DNA of 63,924 nucleotides from NCBI RefSeq assembly GCF_001194135.2, contig NC_068987.1, forward strand, positions 15,862,002 through 15,925,925, read 5' to 3'. Shown in pieces: positions 37,393 to 51,011 of the stretch. This DNA is from Octopus bimaculoides. Lineage: Eukaryota. The translations under genes and the position numbers were made by a program. Positions within the stretch are counted from its first letter, which is position 1. The number at the start of each line of letters is the position of its first letter. The notes beneath the pieces were generated by a model that was given only the letters and a program-made list of their open reading frames with translations, was not told where the DNA came from and searched no databases.

Positions 37393-39666
37393 TAAAAAAC
37401 CAGAAGATAGCTATAACTGGGTGAAAATAACAGAAATATGGTGTAGAGTTAAAGATTTTTTTTCCTGTCTTTTTTGTTGGTAATTTCCTTCCAAGGAACC
37501 AAACCAAACTGACAGATTTTCTTTAAACTAGAAAATTGCAAATTTTTCTTCCTAATTTATTGTAAAATAGTTTTTTTTTTTTCGTTTTCTTGCAGAGTTT
37601 AATTTTTCAAAATGAATTTTTTTTTTTTATAGTGAAAAATAATTTAAATAGAAAGTAAAAGCTGACAGCTACCTCTTGGAAAATATTTGGTAATAACTCC
37701 AGAAAGAGTAACTGAGTGCATATTTGTGCATCCAATTACAAATACATACATGTTTATTTGTAATGTTCCTATATTCTAAATAGGTATGTGAATTCACTAT
37801 TTGCTACATCATATGAGTGCCTCTATGTACTTCTTGCCATATTTAGCAAAGAGTATTGTGCACTTATTTGTAGGGATTTAGTAGGAATGTACACATTGTT
37901 GGTTTGCTCTCCACTCATTACTTTAGTATTATGAAGGGGATATATATACACAAATATGCCATTTTGTAGTCATTATTTGTATGATGAACACTGTTAGAAT
38001 TTATGTATAAATTTTTAATTTATAATTTTTTTCCCCCCACTGCCATCTGTTATAATACTCAATACATTTCTTATATACTCAGTGGAAGCAAATTCTATAC
38101 TTGGTGAAATTTGTTTCAAATAACTGTTTATACAGAAAACCCCTGTCTGCAAATCGAAGGTGATTCAAATGACATGTGTATTTGAATGAACTGCACCAGT
38201 CTTCAGATATTTTTATTTGTGAATATGCAATGATATATTGTGCTCTAAAAATTGTTATCACTCTTGTTAACTCCTGTGCGGGGTCGGAGACTGTTCACTA
38301 CATGTAATAGTATGCATACATCGACATCACATCGCATTGCACTATATAACTATTACTACTGCTATGCTATAACAGCCTTTATGAAAACCTAGACACCCAC
38401 ATTTCACTTTACTAGTCAGTGCATAGTACAATTACAGGAGCTTACTCATTGCAATACATCAATACATAACCTGTGTACATGTAACACACACACACTTATA
38501 CAGTCATGTACTAGTGATGGTCCAGTTGATCGTGTCCTTTCCATTACAAATACATGATGTTGTCAGTGAGAAATCATTTTTATTTGTAAACTGCTTGAGA
38601 ATGTACATAAATTTACTAGAACTCTTATCAGTACTGCAATATACATTCATAAGTGACATATCACTACGGCATCATTATATGCACTGCATTGAAATGCATA
38701 CTACAGCATGCAAATTGAGCTGCTCCACACTGCCACATTGTTTTTTCTTTAAGCTATTCCAACTTGTCGTCTGTAATATGCTATGCTTATAGCATCGCAA
38801 CAATGGAATGCATCCACCTCATCACATGATACACTGCATTGTTAGTGCCAAAACAGCAATTATATATCTTCATGAAATTCTATACGTAATGTTAATCTTC
38901 ACTCTTTATCGTTACTCCTTAATAATGTACTCAGGTATAACTATCACAGACAAGAGGTGTATAGTGACAGCATGTATTCAATGACAGGAATTCGTTACCT
39001 GGTTTCAGTTCCCAGTCTCATTTCATTCATATCTGTGTGTTAACAGAAGATATATTTTCATTTCATTTCCCTGCCCCTCAAAAATATCCCAGTGATGTTG
39101 GTCAGGCTACTTGCCAATTGATTGATACCGCCAATTATAAAAATAAACTCTTGGAGACATAATTTAGTTGTTTAATTACAAATAGATTTGTTCTTTAAAT
39201 GATTCTGTCCATAATTTGGCAGTGCCACAGCTTCAGTATATAGTATTGACTTTTTTCCAAACTACACTGGCCAAATCTTGAAGTGGTTGACCTTTGATCT
39301 CTTCAGGACTGATAAAATTAGTTGGTTATGCCTTTGCTATTAAAATTGTATGGCCTTGTGCCTATGAGAAATCAGTATTACCACTGTTAGTAAATTGCTT
39401 GTGTATGTACATAAAACACCTACATTAAATATATTTTCATATCTCCGTCCAGCTCATACCAGAATGGAAAAGTAGGTATAGATCTTACATTGTTTTTGAC
39501 TATGAGCATCTGAGATTAAACTCCAGTTGCTACTTATTTTTATGTCTGTGATTATTTGCTATTGTCTATATATATATATATTTATATAAATAAGGATAAG
39601 ATCGATATTTAAAATATTGATTTTATCAAGTGGCCAGCATGGGAATAAAAACCATCAAAGGTAATA

Positions 39667-39851
39667 ATTATTTAAAATTATAATACAGGGTATCTAAGAG
39701 ATACCGCCACGCTGAAAAATAGCAGTCAAAACCTGACTCTAAAACCACAATAAATGTGCTATGTGGGCATTTATTGTGGTTTTAGAGTCGGGTTTTGACT
39801 GCTATTTTTCAGCGTGGCGGTATCTCTTAGATACCCTGTATTATAATTTTA

Positions 39852-39857
<6 letters not shown>
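39667..39857. repeat. Near-perfect inverted repeat, 90-bp arms, 11-nt loop
   Basis: 39667-39756 pairs with 39768-39857 with one mismatch (T:G). Confidence 0.95.
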
Positions 39858-39886
<29 letters not shown>

Positions 39887-42800
39887 AAACCAGTTCTAAG
39901 GTGTGGCTCAGTTGATCACTCTGAAGTATGCACTGTTTGGTTTCTCTTGAGCTCCTGGTGAGCTGAGCTTTTGACTGGAGTTTTTGAGCTCAGCAGTCAT
40001 ATTTTGAACTAAATAACAGTTGTGTAGTTTATTGGATTATAGTGGCAAGATTTGCATTTTCCATAAGGAGAATATAATTAATTTTTCATCCCCATAGTCC
40101 ACATATTTCATGCATAATTAAGGGATTTATTATCTTTTTGTTTTTGAATTGTGCTGATTGATAGACCGGTTTCACCATAAAGAAAATAAACTGAGCCTAT
40201 TTTAACAAATGTTTTTCTTTGTGGTTGTTGATTTTCATGTAAAAAGAAAACAATTATATAAATTATCACTTAGACATTTCTTTCATGTAATATTAATTTA
40301 CTGAAATTGTTATGAGATTTATTCGATATGAGAATATAAATAAAAGCCATTAAAAAATCGTGTATGAATAATTTTTTTTTTATTTGTGGGTGGGAGAATG
40401 TAAATATCATGCGATTCCGACTTCCACCACATCTCATACTGTCATTTTGGAACAATAAAATCAAATTGAATAAAGTTTCTTTTCGACTTACTTCTTTAGA
40501 AGTGTCTGTCTGTCTTTGTGACCACAACATAACTATATTGTTAAGAAGTTTGTTTTGCAATCATAAGGTTTGGTCTCACTATATGGTATCCTGGACAAAA
40601 GCATAAAGTAAAATTGTATGGAAGTCAATAGGATGGATTGTACTTGGTAAGCAAAAGGTATGGCCTTGCCATACACATTATCTGGGGTATCTTCAGCCAC
40701 ATACTAATTCAGTTTGTTAAACAACTGAATCCTCATTGTTGAAACAGAAACCCATTCAGGCTCTTACAGGGATCTAAATATCTTTTATGCACACTTTACA
40801 TCAGTTGGAGTGTTTTGTTCAAGAGCACGGTTTGATTGAGGTCTTGCAAGCCAGTGGGCTGCACTGATCTCTCAAAGTCTCTACAGCAGGATGCCCTTTC
40901 TAATGCCAACCACTCAGAGTATAGTGGGTGCTTTTTACATGCCACCAGCATAGGAATCAGTCAGGGGGCACTGGCATCGATCACATACACAAGAGAAACC
41001 AGTATTATGTTGCTTACAGAGAAATGGGGACCAACCATTTAGAAACAACTTCAGTTCTTTTTAACTCTGTTAAAAAGAATTAGTAAGTTTAGCCTATCAG
41101 ATTTATCTATTCTCAACACCCTATCCAGCCTATTATGGAAGTTGTATATGTTCCCATAGCAACCAACTAAAACCATGTTAGGGTCTATGGTACATTGCAA
41201 AATTTCTTTGCAAACATTAATCTGTTTTCTTTTATTAAATATCCTCATTTTTATACGTTTTGTAATGTTTTTATTAATTTCTCATAAAAAAAAAAGAATT
41301 ACAAAATTGCCATTTTCAGTACTTTGGGTATCACAATAATAATAGTAATAATCCTATTATAGACACAAGGCCTGAAATTTGGGGGAGGGGGATAGTCGAT
41401 TACATTGACCCCCAGCACTCAACTGGTACTTGATTTATCAATCCCAAAAGGATGAAAGGTATAGTTGACCTCGGTGGAATTTGAACTCACAACATAGCGA
41501 CAGGCAAAATACCGCTAAGTATTTCATTCAGTGTGCTAACGGTTCTGCTAGCTCGCCGCCTTACACACACACACACACACAATAATGATAATAATGGTTT
41601 CAAATTTTGGCATAAGGCTTACAACTTCAAGGGAAGGAGTAAGCTGATTACATCGATCCTCCCCCAATGTCAACACCAAGAGGATAAAAAGCAAAGTCAA
41701 CTCTGGCAGTATTTGAACTTACAGCATAAAGATGGACAAAATTATGCAAAGCATCTGGTGCTTTCCTTAAAATTGTTATGGTGTGTACAGGATGCATGAG
41801 TCTGATTTCTTATTTTTGATAATTTTTTTGTCAATCTTGAGAGAAAAAAAAAAAAAAAACGGGCTAGAAAAGCAGCAGAGGTTTGGTATATAAGACAAAG
41901 AAATCAGTGGAGTAGAAAATATTGTATATATTTACTAGTTATGACCTATGCCTTATTTGAAGAAGTCAATTAATAAAAATGGCTATTATAAGGCAGTATA
42001 GAACAGTCTCTAGAAAGGAAGATTCAAACATAGTTTTCAGTTTGGCCATCCTGCTGGACACCTCAGTGATTATGTGTGAGAATGCCAACCATCACAGCAC
42101 CCCTTGCATGTTAATTTCTCAACATTTGCATCCCACTGTCCTGAAGCAAGTTGTCCACATTGGTTAGATGCTTTCTTCCCCTGTTGATTCTTCCTCTGAC
42201 AGCAATAAAGGGATCGTGTAAAGCATATGAATAGTAGCGTACAGTACTCCCAAGTCGGACGCTGTGAGCTTGTAGCTCTATCCACGATGTTCTATTCAGC
42301 TAGCATTGGACTTCAGAAGGGCTAGCGGTATATGCAGAAGAGCGAATATCAAATCATTCTCAATTAGTTATAGCAGCACTCGTTTACCAAGGGAGATAAC
42401 TCACAAATACACAATTCAATCCTCTGATTTGCAGAGATAGTAGTGATTAAAACGTGTAGCGTTCAGCAGATGAATCAAATCTTCATCTGAATAGCGTGTC
42501 AGTCTATCGCAGTTAAATTTTCCAGATGATCTAGTACCTATTCCGTATGATATGTATCATTCAATAACCAGAATTTCGGTATATTTTCATATTTGAAAAA
42601 AAAAAAAATGGTATATATTATAAAAGAAATGCAAGGACTGTCTGTCTTATATGAACCTCGACAGGTTTTACTTTTTTCTTTTTACCATTTCTCCAAATAT
42701 CACAGTATATACATTCCTTTTAACATAGCCTTCTTCCTATATGAAAATATAACGAGGTTCTGGCTGTGACAGATGTAAGACAAAAACCTGAAAAGTTACG

Positions 42801-43733
42801 CTGAAGATTTTACGTTACTAAAAAAAATACTTTGGTGTAGTTTTATGTAGCATTAAAGTGAAATAGAAACAAATTTTTCCCTAAATAAAATAGATTATCG
42901 TATGTAGTTTTCTTCAAGCTAACGAATTAGTGTTAATACTTGTACCTACTTAGATTTAGACGGTCTCGGCCGATGGACCGCTGTTGATTTCGACATACAT
43001 GTGCGTGCCCCCACTCTCGATTTTGTTTCCTCATAACTTTCAGAAAAATGTGTATTTTTTTATGAAAATTTCAAGTTTCATTTTGTAAATATGCACGTGA
43101 TGTGTGTAAGTATCTATGTGTGCGCGCTGGCATTTGTTTTTTTTGTTTTTTTTCACACATTAAGTTACGATATAACCGTAAATCTACACCATCTGAAAGA
43201 TATTAGTGAAATATTTCATTAGTAATATTCATTTGTCAGAAAGTTATGCAGCATCAAAGTCGGCTCGTGTGAATTATCCGAAGCTCCTTTCCCCACCTCC
43301 GAAAAAAAAAAAAAAAAATTCACAACGAATTCCTTTATAATCGTTGATCTACAACATTCGAAACGTATTTGTGAAGAATTTCACGAGAAAATATCCATTT
43401 TTCTGAAAGTTATGAGAAAAGAAAGCCATAGGAGGGCACGGCTGTATAGGTATACTGTGAATTCTTTGGTTGGTTGTTTGGTGATCCTTTCGATACTATG
43501 AAGCGTTACCGAAATAATTTACGATTAGGGAATTGTCATCCAATATCACAGGGACATTTCGAAGAGGCTATGTATAACTTCAGAAGCTAGAAAAAAGACA
43601 GAACCCCCCCACCACCACCAAAAAAAATTTGTAAGGATACGGAATAAAATTTTTAAAAATCAAAATAATCTTCATATAGGAGAGTTTTGTAGTTCGCTTG
43701 AAGCACTGTGTATTGTTTGTGAAGAATAGAAAG

Positions 43734-43961
43734 TTTTGAATGGTACAACAATGCACTATAATACAAAAAATGGACTATATACCTGTTGTAACATCTAAGA
43801 ATATCTGAAGAAGGAATTGTATTCCGAAATATTCTTATATTCTAAGAATATCTGAAGAAGGAATTGTATTCCGAAATATCATCGGACTATGGATAACTAA
43901 ATTACAACAAGTATATAGTCCATTTTTTTTGTATTATAGTGCATTGCTGTACCACTCAAAA
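43734..43961. repeat. About 58-bp inverted arms enclosing a 39-bp direct duplication
   Basis: Arms 43734-43791 and 43902-43961; unit tctaagaatatctgaagaaggaattgtattccgaaatat at 43794-43832 and 43841-43879. Confidence 0.9.
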
Positions 43962-45559
43962 TCTTCATATAGATTATTTATACGAGATATTAGTTGATGT
44001 GTTTAAGATAAAATTATTGCAGTACTTATGTTATCATTTGGATGGCAACGACCCGCGACGCTCTTTTTGCTATCTTACATTCTGAGTTCAAATTCTACCT
44101 CTCAACCTGTCGGAGTCGATAAAATAAGTTCAAGTGGAGTACTGGGGTCGATTTACTCGACTAACCTACTCCCTCGAAATTGCTAGCCTTGTGCCAAAAT
44201 TTAAAATCATTTTCGTTGCGTAGGATAATTTTTCTTTTCAGGGTAGATATAATTATTACTTAATATAAATTATTGGCTTTCCTCTAGTATAGGTATAATT
44301 TCCTTCAGATGAATATGTTTAAAAGATTGTATATTATTGCGATTGTGCAAAAAAGAAAGAAAAAATGAATAAATAAACACTTTCTGCGGCGGGGTATTTT
44401 AACACTCACCTGCTTCCTTTTCCTAACTTATCAGTTTTGATTTTCTCTTCAAAATATTTTTACATCTGAAATTATGATTCTTCGAAAATATCATGCAGCA
44501 TAAATCAGAAAGTTTTTTTTGAAAACAAGTCAAAACTACCGTAAGGGGCGGGGGAACTGCCTCTTTCCCCCGCCCACTTTTTTTTTTTTTTTACAGATTG
44601 ATAATCTACGGAACGTGAACACATATTCGAAGAAATTAGAGATTTTGGCGCACTAGAAAACGTCCCACTATATTCTGTAAGAACGCCTAAAGCATTATTA
44701 ATGAGAATTTTTTCTTTCCCATTATCTATATTAATTCTTTATAGTTATCTTCAAATCTAGTCAAATATTCTTTATTGTTGTCACCTTCCATTGCGTTGTC
44801 ATCTGTAGACGCATGCTTCTGTTCTATAGCGGTTGTAGTTCTGCTGGAGTTCCGTTATTGGTACACCTCACGAGGAATAAGTAAATTTAAATAAAAATCA
44901 TTTTCTTTCTTTTTTTTTTTTCTTGGAAGTTCTGTATAAACATAGTTGTACGAAAAATGAAGTGAAAGAGGAGCGAGCTATCGAAGGTATCTTTTAAGCT
45001 GGATGCGTTTAGAAACATTTATTTATTTTTGTTGGGGAAGTTCATGGTCACTTCTCTAATTCCATTAAATTGTAAATTTTCCCACTTCTCACACGCTGCA
45101 CCAATGAAACATAAAGGGGTGGAAATGTGTGTTAACATTAACTTTGAACCGCCAAGCAATATTCCACGTTGAAGATTAATACAAATGACAACAGAAAACG
45201 ATTTTTTTCATAAATACAAACTGGGGTAGGTATCACCGTCTTATCGTAATTTTTCGGTTTTTACTTTTTCTAATTTTTTTTTCAGATCTATGTTCGAATT
45301 TTCGCTCTATAATTTTCATTGAAAAAACAAATCCTTAATTTTAGTTGTACCTAGTAAAGATGAAGAAAAGGAGAATATATATACCATTTAAAAGACGCAA
45401 AAGAAAAATGCTTTATAAGCCCGCTTACTAATGATCAGCAGGCAACAAGAGACAACCCTACAAACTGCTCGAAACATTCGGCCACGTTACCAACGCTTAT
45501 CTCTCCTGGCACAAAAATATCCTTAACATGGCACCTCACACCAATGGTTGTCTCTTCTC

Positions 45560-45960
45560 TTCAGTCCCCGCAAAGCTCAGATGAAGTATGCAATGGAATA
45601 TTGATCTTTCAAGTGGGATGGTGCTACTATTTTACACACGGATATTCTAGACTGCATTTAGAAAAGGGCCACCCGACTGACAAGCATAGTCTCTCGCAGA
45701 CATACTACAGCCTTTGATCCACTGGTGCGCAGTCTCATCTCTCTGCCTTCCTTATCGTTACTATAATGACCTCAGTTCCTCAGATATGACTGAGCTCCTC
45801 CCACCTTTACTCAGACATTCACGACCCACTCCTCTCATATTCTTAATTCCTTCAGATCCTCACTAACCACTACGTCCAGTTCTTCCTTCCTAGAACGTCG
45901 GTTCTCTAGTATCCTCTTTTCTGCTCGTCTTTTTCGCATGTATCAACGTGAAAAGGTTCG
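45560..45960 (+). mobile_element. CR1/L2-like LINE ORF2 3' remnant; weaker relatives about 51420-51620 (+), 52700-52830 (+), 55340-55620 (-)
   Basis: Degenerate KAQ..MEY..WDGA...LDCI.KRA, SSLCLPYRYYNDLSSSDMTELLPP and HYVQFFLPRT. Confidence 0.65.
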
Positions 45961-48900
45961 AGAGGAACATTAATAACATCGATCTCCTTACCCTAAAGAG
46001 GTTCTGTGAGGGCCTTGGAAACTGACTTTTCTGTTAGTTATACCAAATAAATACAAGCATTAATGATAGAAACTGAATCAAGAATTAAAAATAGGAAAAT
46101 CTTCGCTCCCTTTTCTAACTATAACAGCCTTTGGCTGTAAGTAAGAGTTGGGATAAAGCTTCGCATTAAAATAATTCCACCGCAGAACAGACGTTGGTTT
46201 TTTACCCATACTAAGCAAAAAGTCAGCAGTTTAAAATAACTTCTCCAGTGAAGAACATTTTAAAATAAAATCACTTGAACAATAGAGAAATAAAATAACG
46301 AGAAAATTATGTCTAAATACTAATTTAAAATTTGAATAATTAATTTACGGTTAGTATGTGTTCATTCTAACGTTTTTTAAACTACAAACTAAACGCGCGC
46401 ACACACACACAGAATCTATTTTATATATAAGTTAGCTACCTTACGTGGTTTCGTTTTTCGTTCTCCGTATGAACTAGTTTTGGTGTAACTGAAATAATTA
46501 TTTGACACAAGGGAGATAAGATCATTCTAACAAGTAAACACCTGGAAGTGTTAAAGCTTTTGGATATTTTCGTATAAATATTATTATAATTTAAGCTTAC
46601 AGAACTTTTTAAAATAAATTTAAATATTTTACACATATATAAATATATTCAAAGGGTTTATTTTCAATTATCATAAAAAATGTGTGAATATTTTTTTTGA
46701 TTCTTCATTAATAATTCATGCGTAATTTTAATAGATATATTATTTTTAGTTGTTTTGAAGGTGTCTACAACAATTTTATCAATTTTTATTTCAAAAGCTT
46801 TTAGAATTTTGAAGACGACTTTAGTATAAAAGATAAATAAAGGTTAAGGTCGCTCGACTCATTGGTTTCTCAGCAGATAAAAGCTTATGTCGTCATTGTT
46901 GTTTTGAGCCAAGATAGCATTGATTCAACACACATCCCATCAAAGGCACCCCAGCCATGAAAATTCAATCTTTTTAGGGTTATGCAAGATTATACAATCC
47001 AGTGTGTCCTATCTTTTTTCAAGACCGTGTAAAATAATGGAGATTTGGCTGCTATTTCTAGCAGATCGAACGACCACTTATAGGCTCGCACGTTGGTTCG
47101 TTCTTTATTGTATCGTGTAAACAATTGACGTGTTTATCTCCCCTTAAGACCTCGGACCATCTGGGCGGAGAGGGGGAGGCAAAACGACAACAATAAGAGA
47201 GGGAGAGAGAAAGAGTGAGAGGACCAGAAAGAGAAAGAAAAAGAGAGAAGCTGAGAATATAAAGCGGGAAGGCAGCAAAATATTACAAAGATCGTCGTAT
47301 AATAAATAAGTGTATTGGCATATTAATGTCGATTTTGTTGATGTTTATTGTCTCTTCAACACATCTATTGCAATAGGTTTTATATGAATCATAACAATGG
47401 ATGGAATTTGATCTGTTGTAAACGCAAAGAATTTTTTTTCTTTGGAAGAAGAAATTGTTATTTATTATAAATTAATATGCGCATGTATATTTTTTTCGCT
47501 ATTATAAGAAATAAATATTTAGTCGTATAAGCAGAAATTAAAATTTGGTAGTAGCTTTAGTAAATAGAAGCGATTACTTCGTTGAATTAAAACAAGATGT
47601 TTTATATTTCTATGAAATGAATGAAGGGTTGATTATTCTAAAATTAAAAGCTTTTGTAAAATTATTTCCCTCTTCTATAAAAATAAAAAAAGCTTTAATT
47701 GCTGATATTTTAAATATTTAAATATCGTGTAAATATTTTAATTTTCTTGGTATCTATTTCATCAGTTTTGACAAATCAATGAAAATAATACTTATAATAT
47801 TTTAAAACTAAAGGCTTTCTTTTTATTTACTAACAAATACAATATATCTTTGTCTAAAATAGTGTTATTAATATATGAAAAAAAAAAAAAAAAGTCCTTT
47901 ATCTCTTAGGCGTATTTCTTTGAATATTGTTAGAAGTATGAACTAAATTTGATATTAGGAAAAATTTAGAGAAAATTAGATTTTCTCACAAAGTTGAAAG
48001 ATAAAAAATTTATTCGAAAGTTTTGTGTTGGTAATTTTTCAAACGCAAAAAAAATATTTTAAACTAGCATAAGGAACACTAACGCTTGAAAAATTCCGTC
48101 ACAAATATATACTTTGCAAATAGAAACTCTCAGGATTTAATCATCCCAATTTGAAACTTTCATTTAATCTCAACATAATAATTTCTGCTATGTTATTTCT
48201 CTCTTCTACTCAAATGTTTTTTCCCCGCTTTTTTCATTTTTTAGAGCATATTTAGTATTTTACACATTATAATACAAATCCCATGAAGTTTTTTCTCTCT
48301 CTTCAAAATCAAATGATTGATGAAATTTTTTCTTCTTAATATAATCATATTGTCTGCGTTTTTTTAGTTTTTGAGGCCACATGAAAGCCGAAATGTTTAC
48401 CTTGTTAAAAACGAAGTTGTTTTCGTAAACTAGAAAAAGGAAACGAGGCATTCTTAATTATGATTTATTTATTACAAATAACCTTATCTAATATTTTAAA
48501 GTAATTGTTCAACTTCATCATCAGCGAGTCTTCGATGATATTTATCTTTACCAGAACCAGGACAAAGTCGAATGCGATGAAGAAGGCCATGATTTAGAAG
48601 TAAAGCAACTGTCTCACTTTCATGTTCTGATAGACCTCTCTTCTATCAACATTCGCTACACTTGGGTAGTTAATGTCCAGGCTTTTTCACGTTAATTATG
48701 AATATAATAAAATATTTGGTGAATCTAACTGAAATAATACAAATATCAAAGTGGATACTATAACGTGTAGGCATCACTGGTTCCTTTTAGAATTGAAACA
48801 TTTTGTTAAAGAATTCCACTAATAAAAAGTATTGAAGATCGAAAGTTTTCGATATTGTAAAGAAACTGAACACCAGAAAGCTGGATAGATATTAGGAAGC

Positions 48901-50039
48901 ATCTACTGTGCCGTTCCCATTATTTCAAATGAATCCACCAAATATTTTTGAAATTATATATATAATTAACATCAGTAAAACATGATTATTAACTAACCGT
49001 TAACTAAATGTTAACAAAAGGGCATTAGAGAAATTAAGGGCAAATAAAGGAGGTAATTATTTTAGTTCTAAATTACTGTTTTCGTCGCCTTTTGATCTGT
49101 CCTGGTTGTATTGAGGATATGAAATGAAAGGTCCATCAAAAGTACCTCCGAATGATGGATGTGAAAATGATTTTTAAATATATCAAGACCATTTATTATT
49201 TGTAGTTAATAAATAGCATATTTTTTTTCTCGCCCAGAAAAACACCTTCCCCCTATGACAATGTAAACACTTACTTTCATACCCCCCCCCGGAAACGAAA
49301 AAAAAGCGCCAAATTCTATAACGTCAAAGATTTGAAGGCCATCATAAAAAGACATATTTTTTTGTTTACACCGAAGCTTTAACGGAATAAATGATTTTAT
49401 TTATTTTTTGCTTTAATTCCATAAGGAAGAAGAAATACAACAAATAAAGAACATGGTATATGCTAGAACCCATTATCAAGGAGACACTCCTAATTATGAT
49501 AATGTTAATAAATCCGATAAAGACATATTATCGGTAAGAGAAGACAGTCGCTATTTTATCAATCTGCTATCAGATTGGGCATGAATTTCAAAATAATAAA
49601 CCACCGAACGAGGGACCTTCTATGCTGTCACTCGGCTTGCTAGAAATAACAGCTAAATCTCCATCAAATCGCATCCGCTTTAAAAACCAGAACATGACGC
49701 ATCTGATGAGTAAAGATAGGATGGTCACTCATAATAAAATAGCTTTGATCGAAATTTTCTCATTGATGTTAGATCTGGGGCTAAAAACGACAACAATTAT
49801 AAATCAAAACTGATCTTGTTTCATCTATGTGTTCCGATGTACATTTTCATATAACCATTGTGTAAGCCGTTCTTTTTTTTGTGAGCAAAGAACCGAAAAT
49901 TAATCATTCTGAGATAAACAAAAATATAAGAACAGTACACTTTTCCAACACTTTATTAATTCAATAAAAAAGTTTTGATAGTTAATCTTTTAATTATAAC
50001 TTCTATATTTATTTCAATCAACTAGATTCTATTGCAACA

Positions 50040-50272
50040 CTTTGACGTATCCATTTCTGGCTGAAGGCCAAGCTGGTTTGGTTTGCTCGAGTCGAGAACG
50101 TGACACGCGCCAGCGAGCATTGCCGAAGCTGTGGCGGAAAGTGCCGAACGCCTTTGCCGGGGACACATAACCTTATTGTCTCAAAATGGCGCTTGCTCTC
50201 GATAGTCGCAAGCCATGGAAAGGAGTAATTGTTCGTTAACACACCCCTTAGGGTGATGTTTCGACGACCGCA
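50040..50272 (+). promoter_or_regulatory. CpG-rich promoter/5' leader of ASXL with YY1-like motif AAAATGGCG (50183-50191)
   Basis: Sharp local CpG enrichment immediately upstream of the ASXL ATG; YY1 consensus match. Confidence 0.55.
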
Positions 50273-50347
50273 ATGCAAACGGAGAATTCTAGAGATAAGC
50301 AATCGAAGAAAAAGAAAAGTAGAACTTGGTCAGAAGCATCCAAAATT
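50273..50347 (+). CDS. ASXL: ASXL/Additional sex combs-like, first coding exon MQTENSRDKQSKKKKSRTWSEASKI (start of HARE-HTH domain)
   Basis: Matches the vertebrate ASXL N-terminus KKKKERTWAEAARL as I recall it, with a phase-0 GTAAGT donor at 50348 at the equivalent position; in-frame TAG upstream at 50249; CpG-rich leader. Exon 2 (VLE...) not found in the window. Confidence 0.82.
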
Positions 50348-50977
50348 GTAAGTTGAAACTACTCTTACCTGTCTCTTCTTCTGTATAATGATGTATATTA
50401 TTATTATTATTATTATTATTATCATGATTATTATTCGTATCATCGTAATTTTTGTATTACAGCGACTCTAACTTCTTTTGTTCTTTCTGTTTTCTTCTTC
50501 ACGTATACATATATTAATAATGATCTATATTAGGTCAACGAATGTACGTCTATGATATATATATGTGTATATTTATACATACATGTATGTATGTATATAA
50601 GATAAAGGCGACGGGGCGGGGGAAGCTGATGGTGGTCGGTCGGTGTTGTGATAAACCTATGTATTATCTCCCCAGAGACGCCGATCGTAACCTCTGAGTT
50701 GGAGCAAATATACCCACATAATCTTTGTCTCACCATCACTCCAGCTCTATCTTTCTATCTATCTAACTATCTATCTACTCACCCCCACACACACACACAC
50801 ACACATACATTTGAATCTTAAGCGGCTTCAGCAACCTTCCTATTACTCTTTATCATCATCTCTTTGTGTGTGAGATATATATATATATATGTATTTATAT
50901 ACGCATATTTACACACACAATATATAACCTACATATGTACGGTACATGTGTATGCATAATATATATGTAAATACATT

Positions 50978-51011
<34 letters not shown>

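Noticed and set aside
43794-43879. Direct repeats considered as a CRISPR-like array
   Set aside because: Only two units with an 8-nt spacer, in eukaryotic context, with no cas genes
44546-44592. 11-bp GC hairpin followed by a T run, resembling a rho-independent terminator
   Set aside because: Eukaryotic intergenic DNA; probably part of an old DNA-transposon remnant; no CTRR Helitron end
48520-48700. About 57 open codons with an acidic stretch (DDIYLYQNQDKVECDEEGHDLE)
   Set aside because: No start or splice signals and no recognisable family; possibly transposase debris
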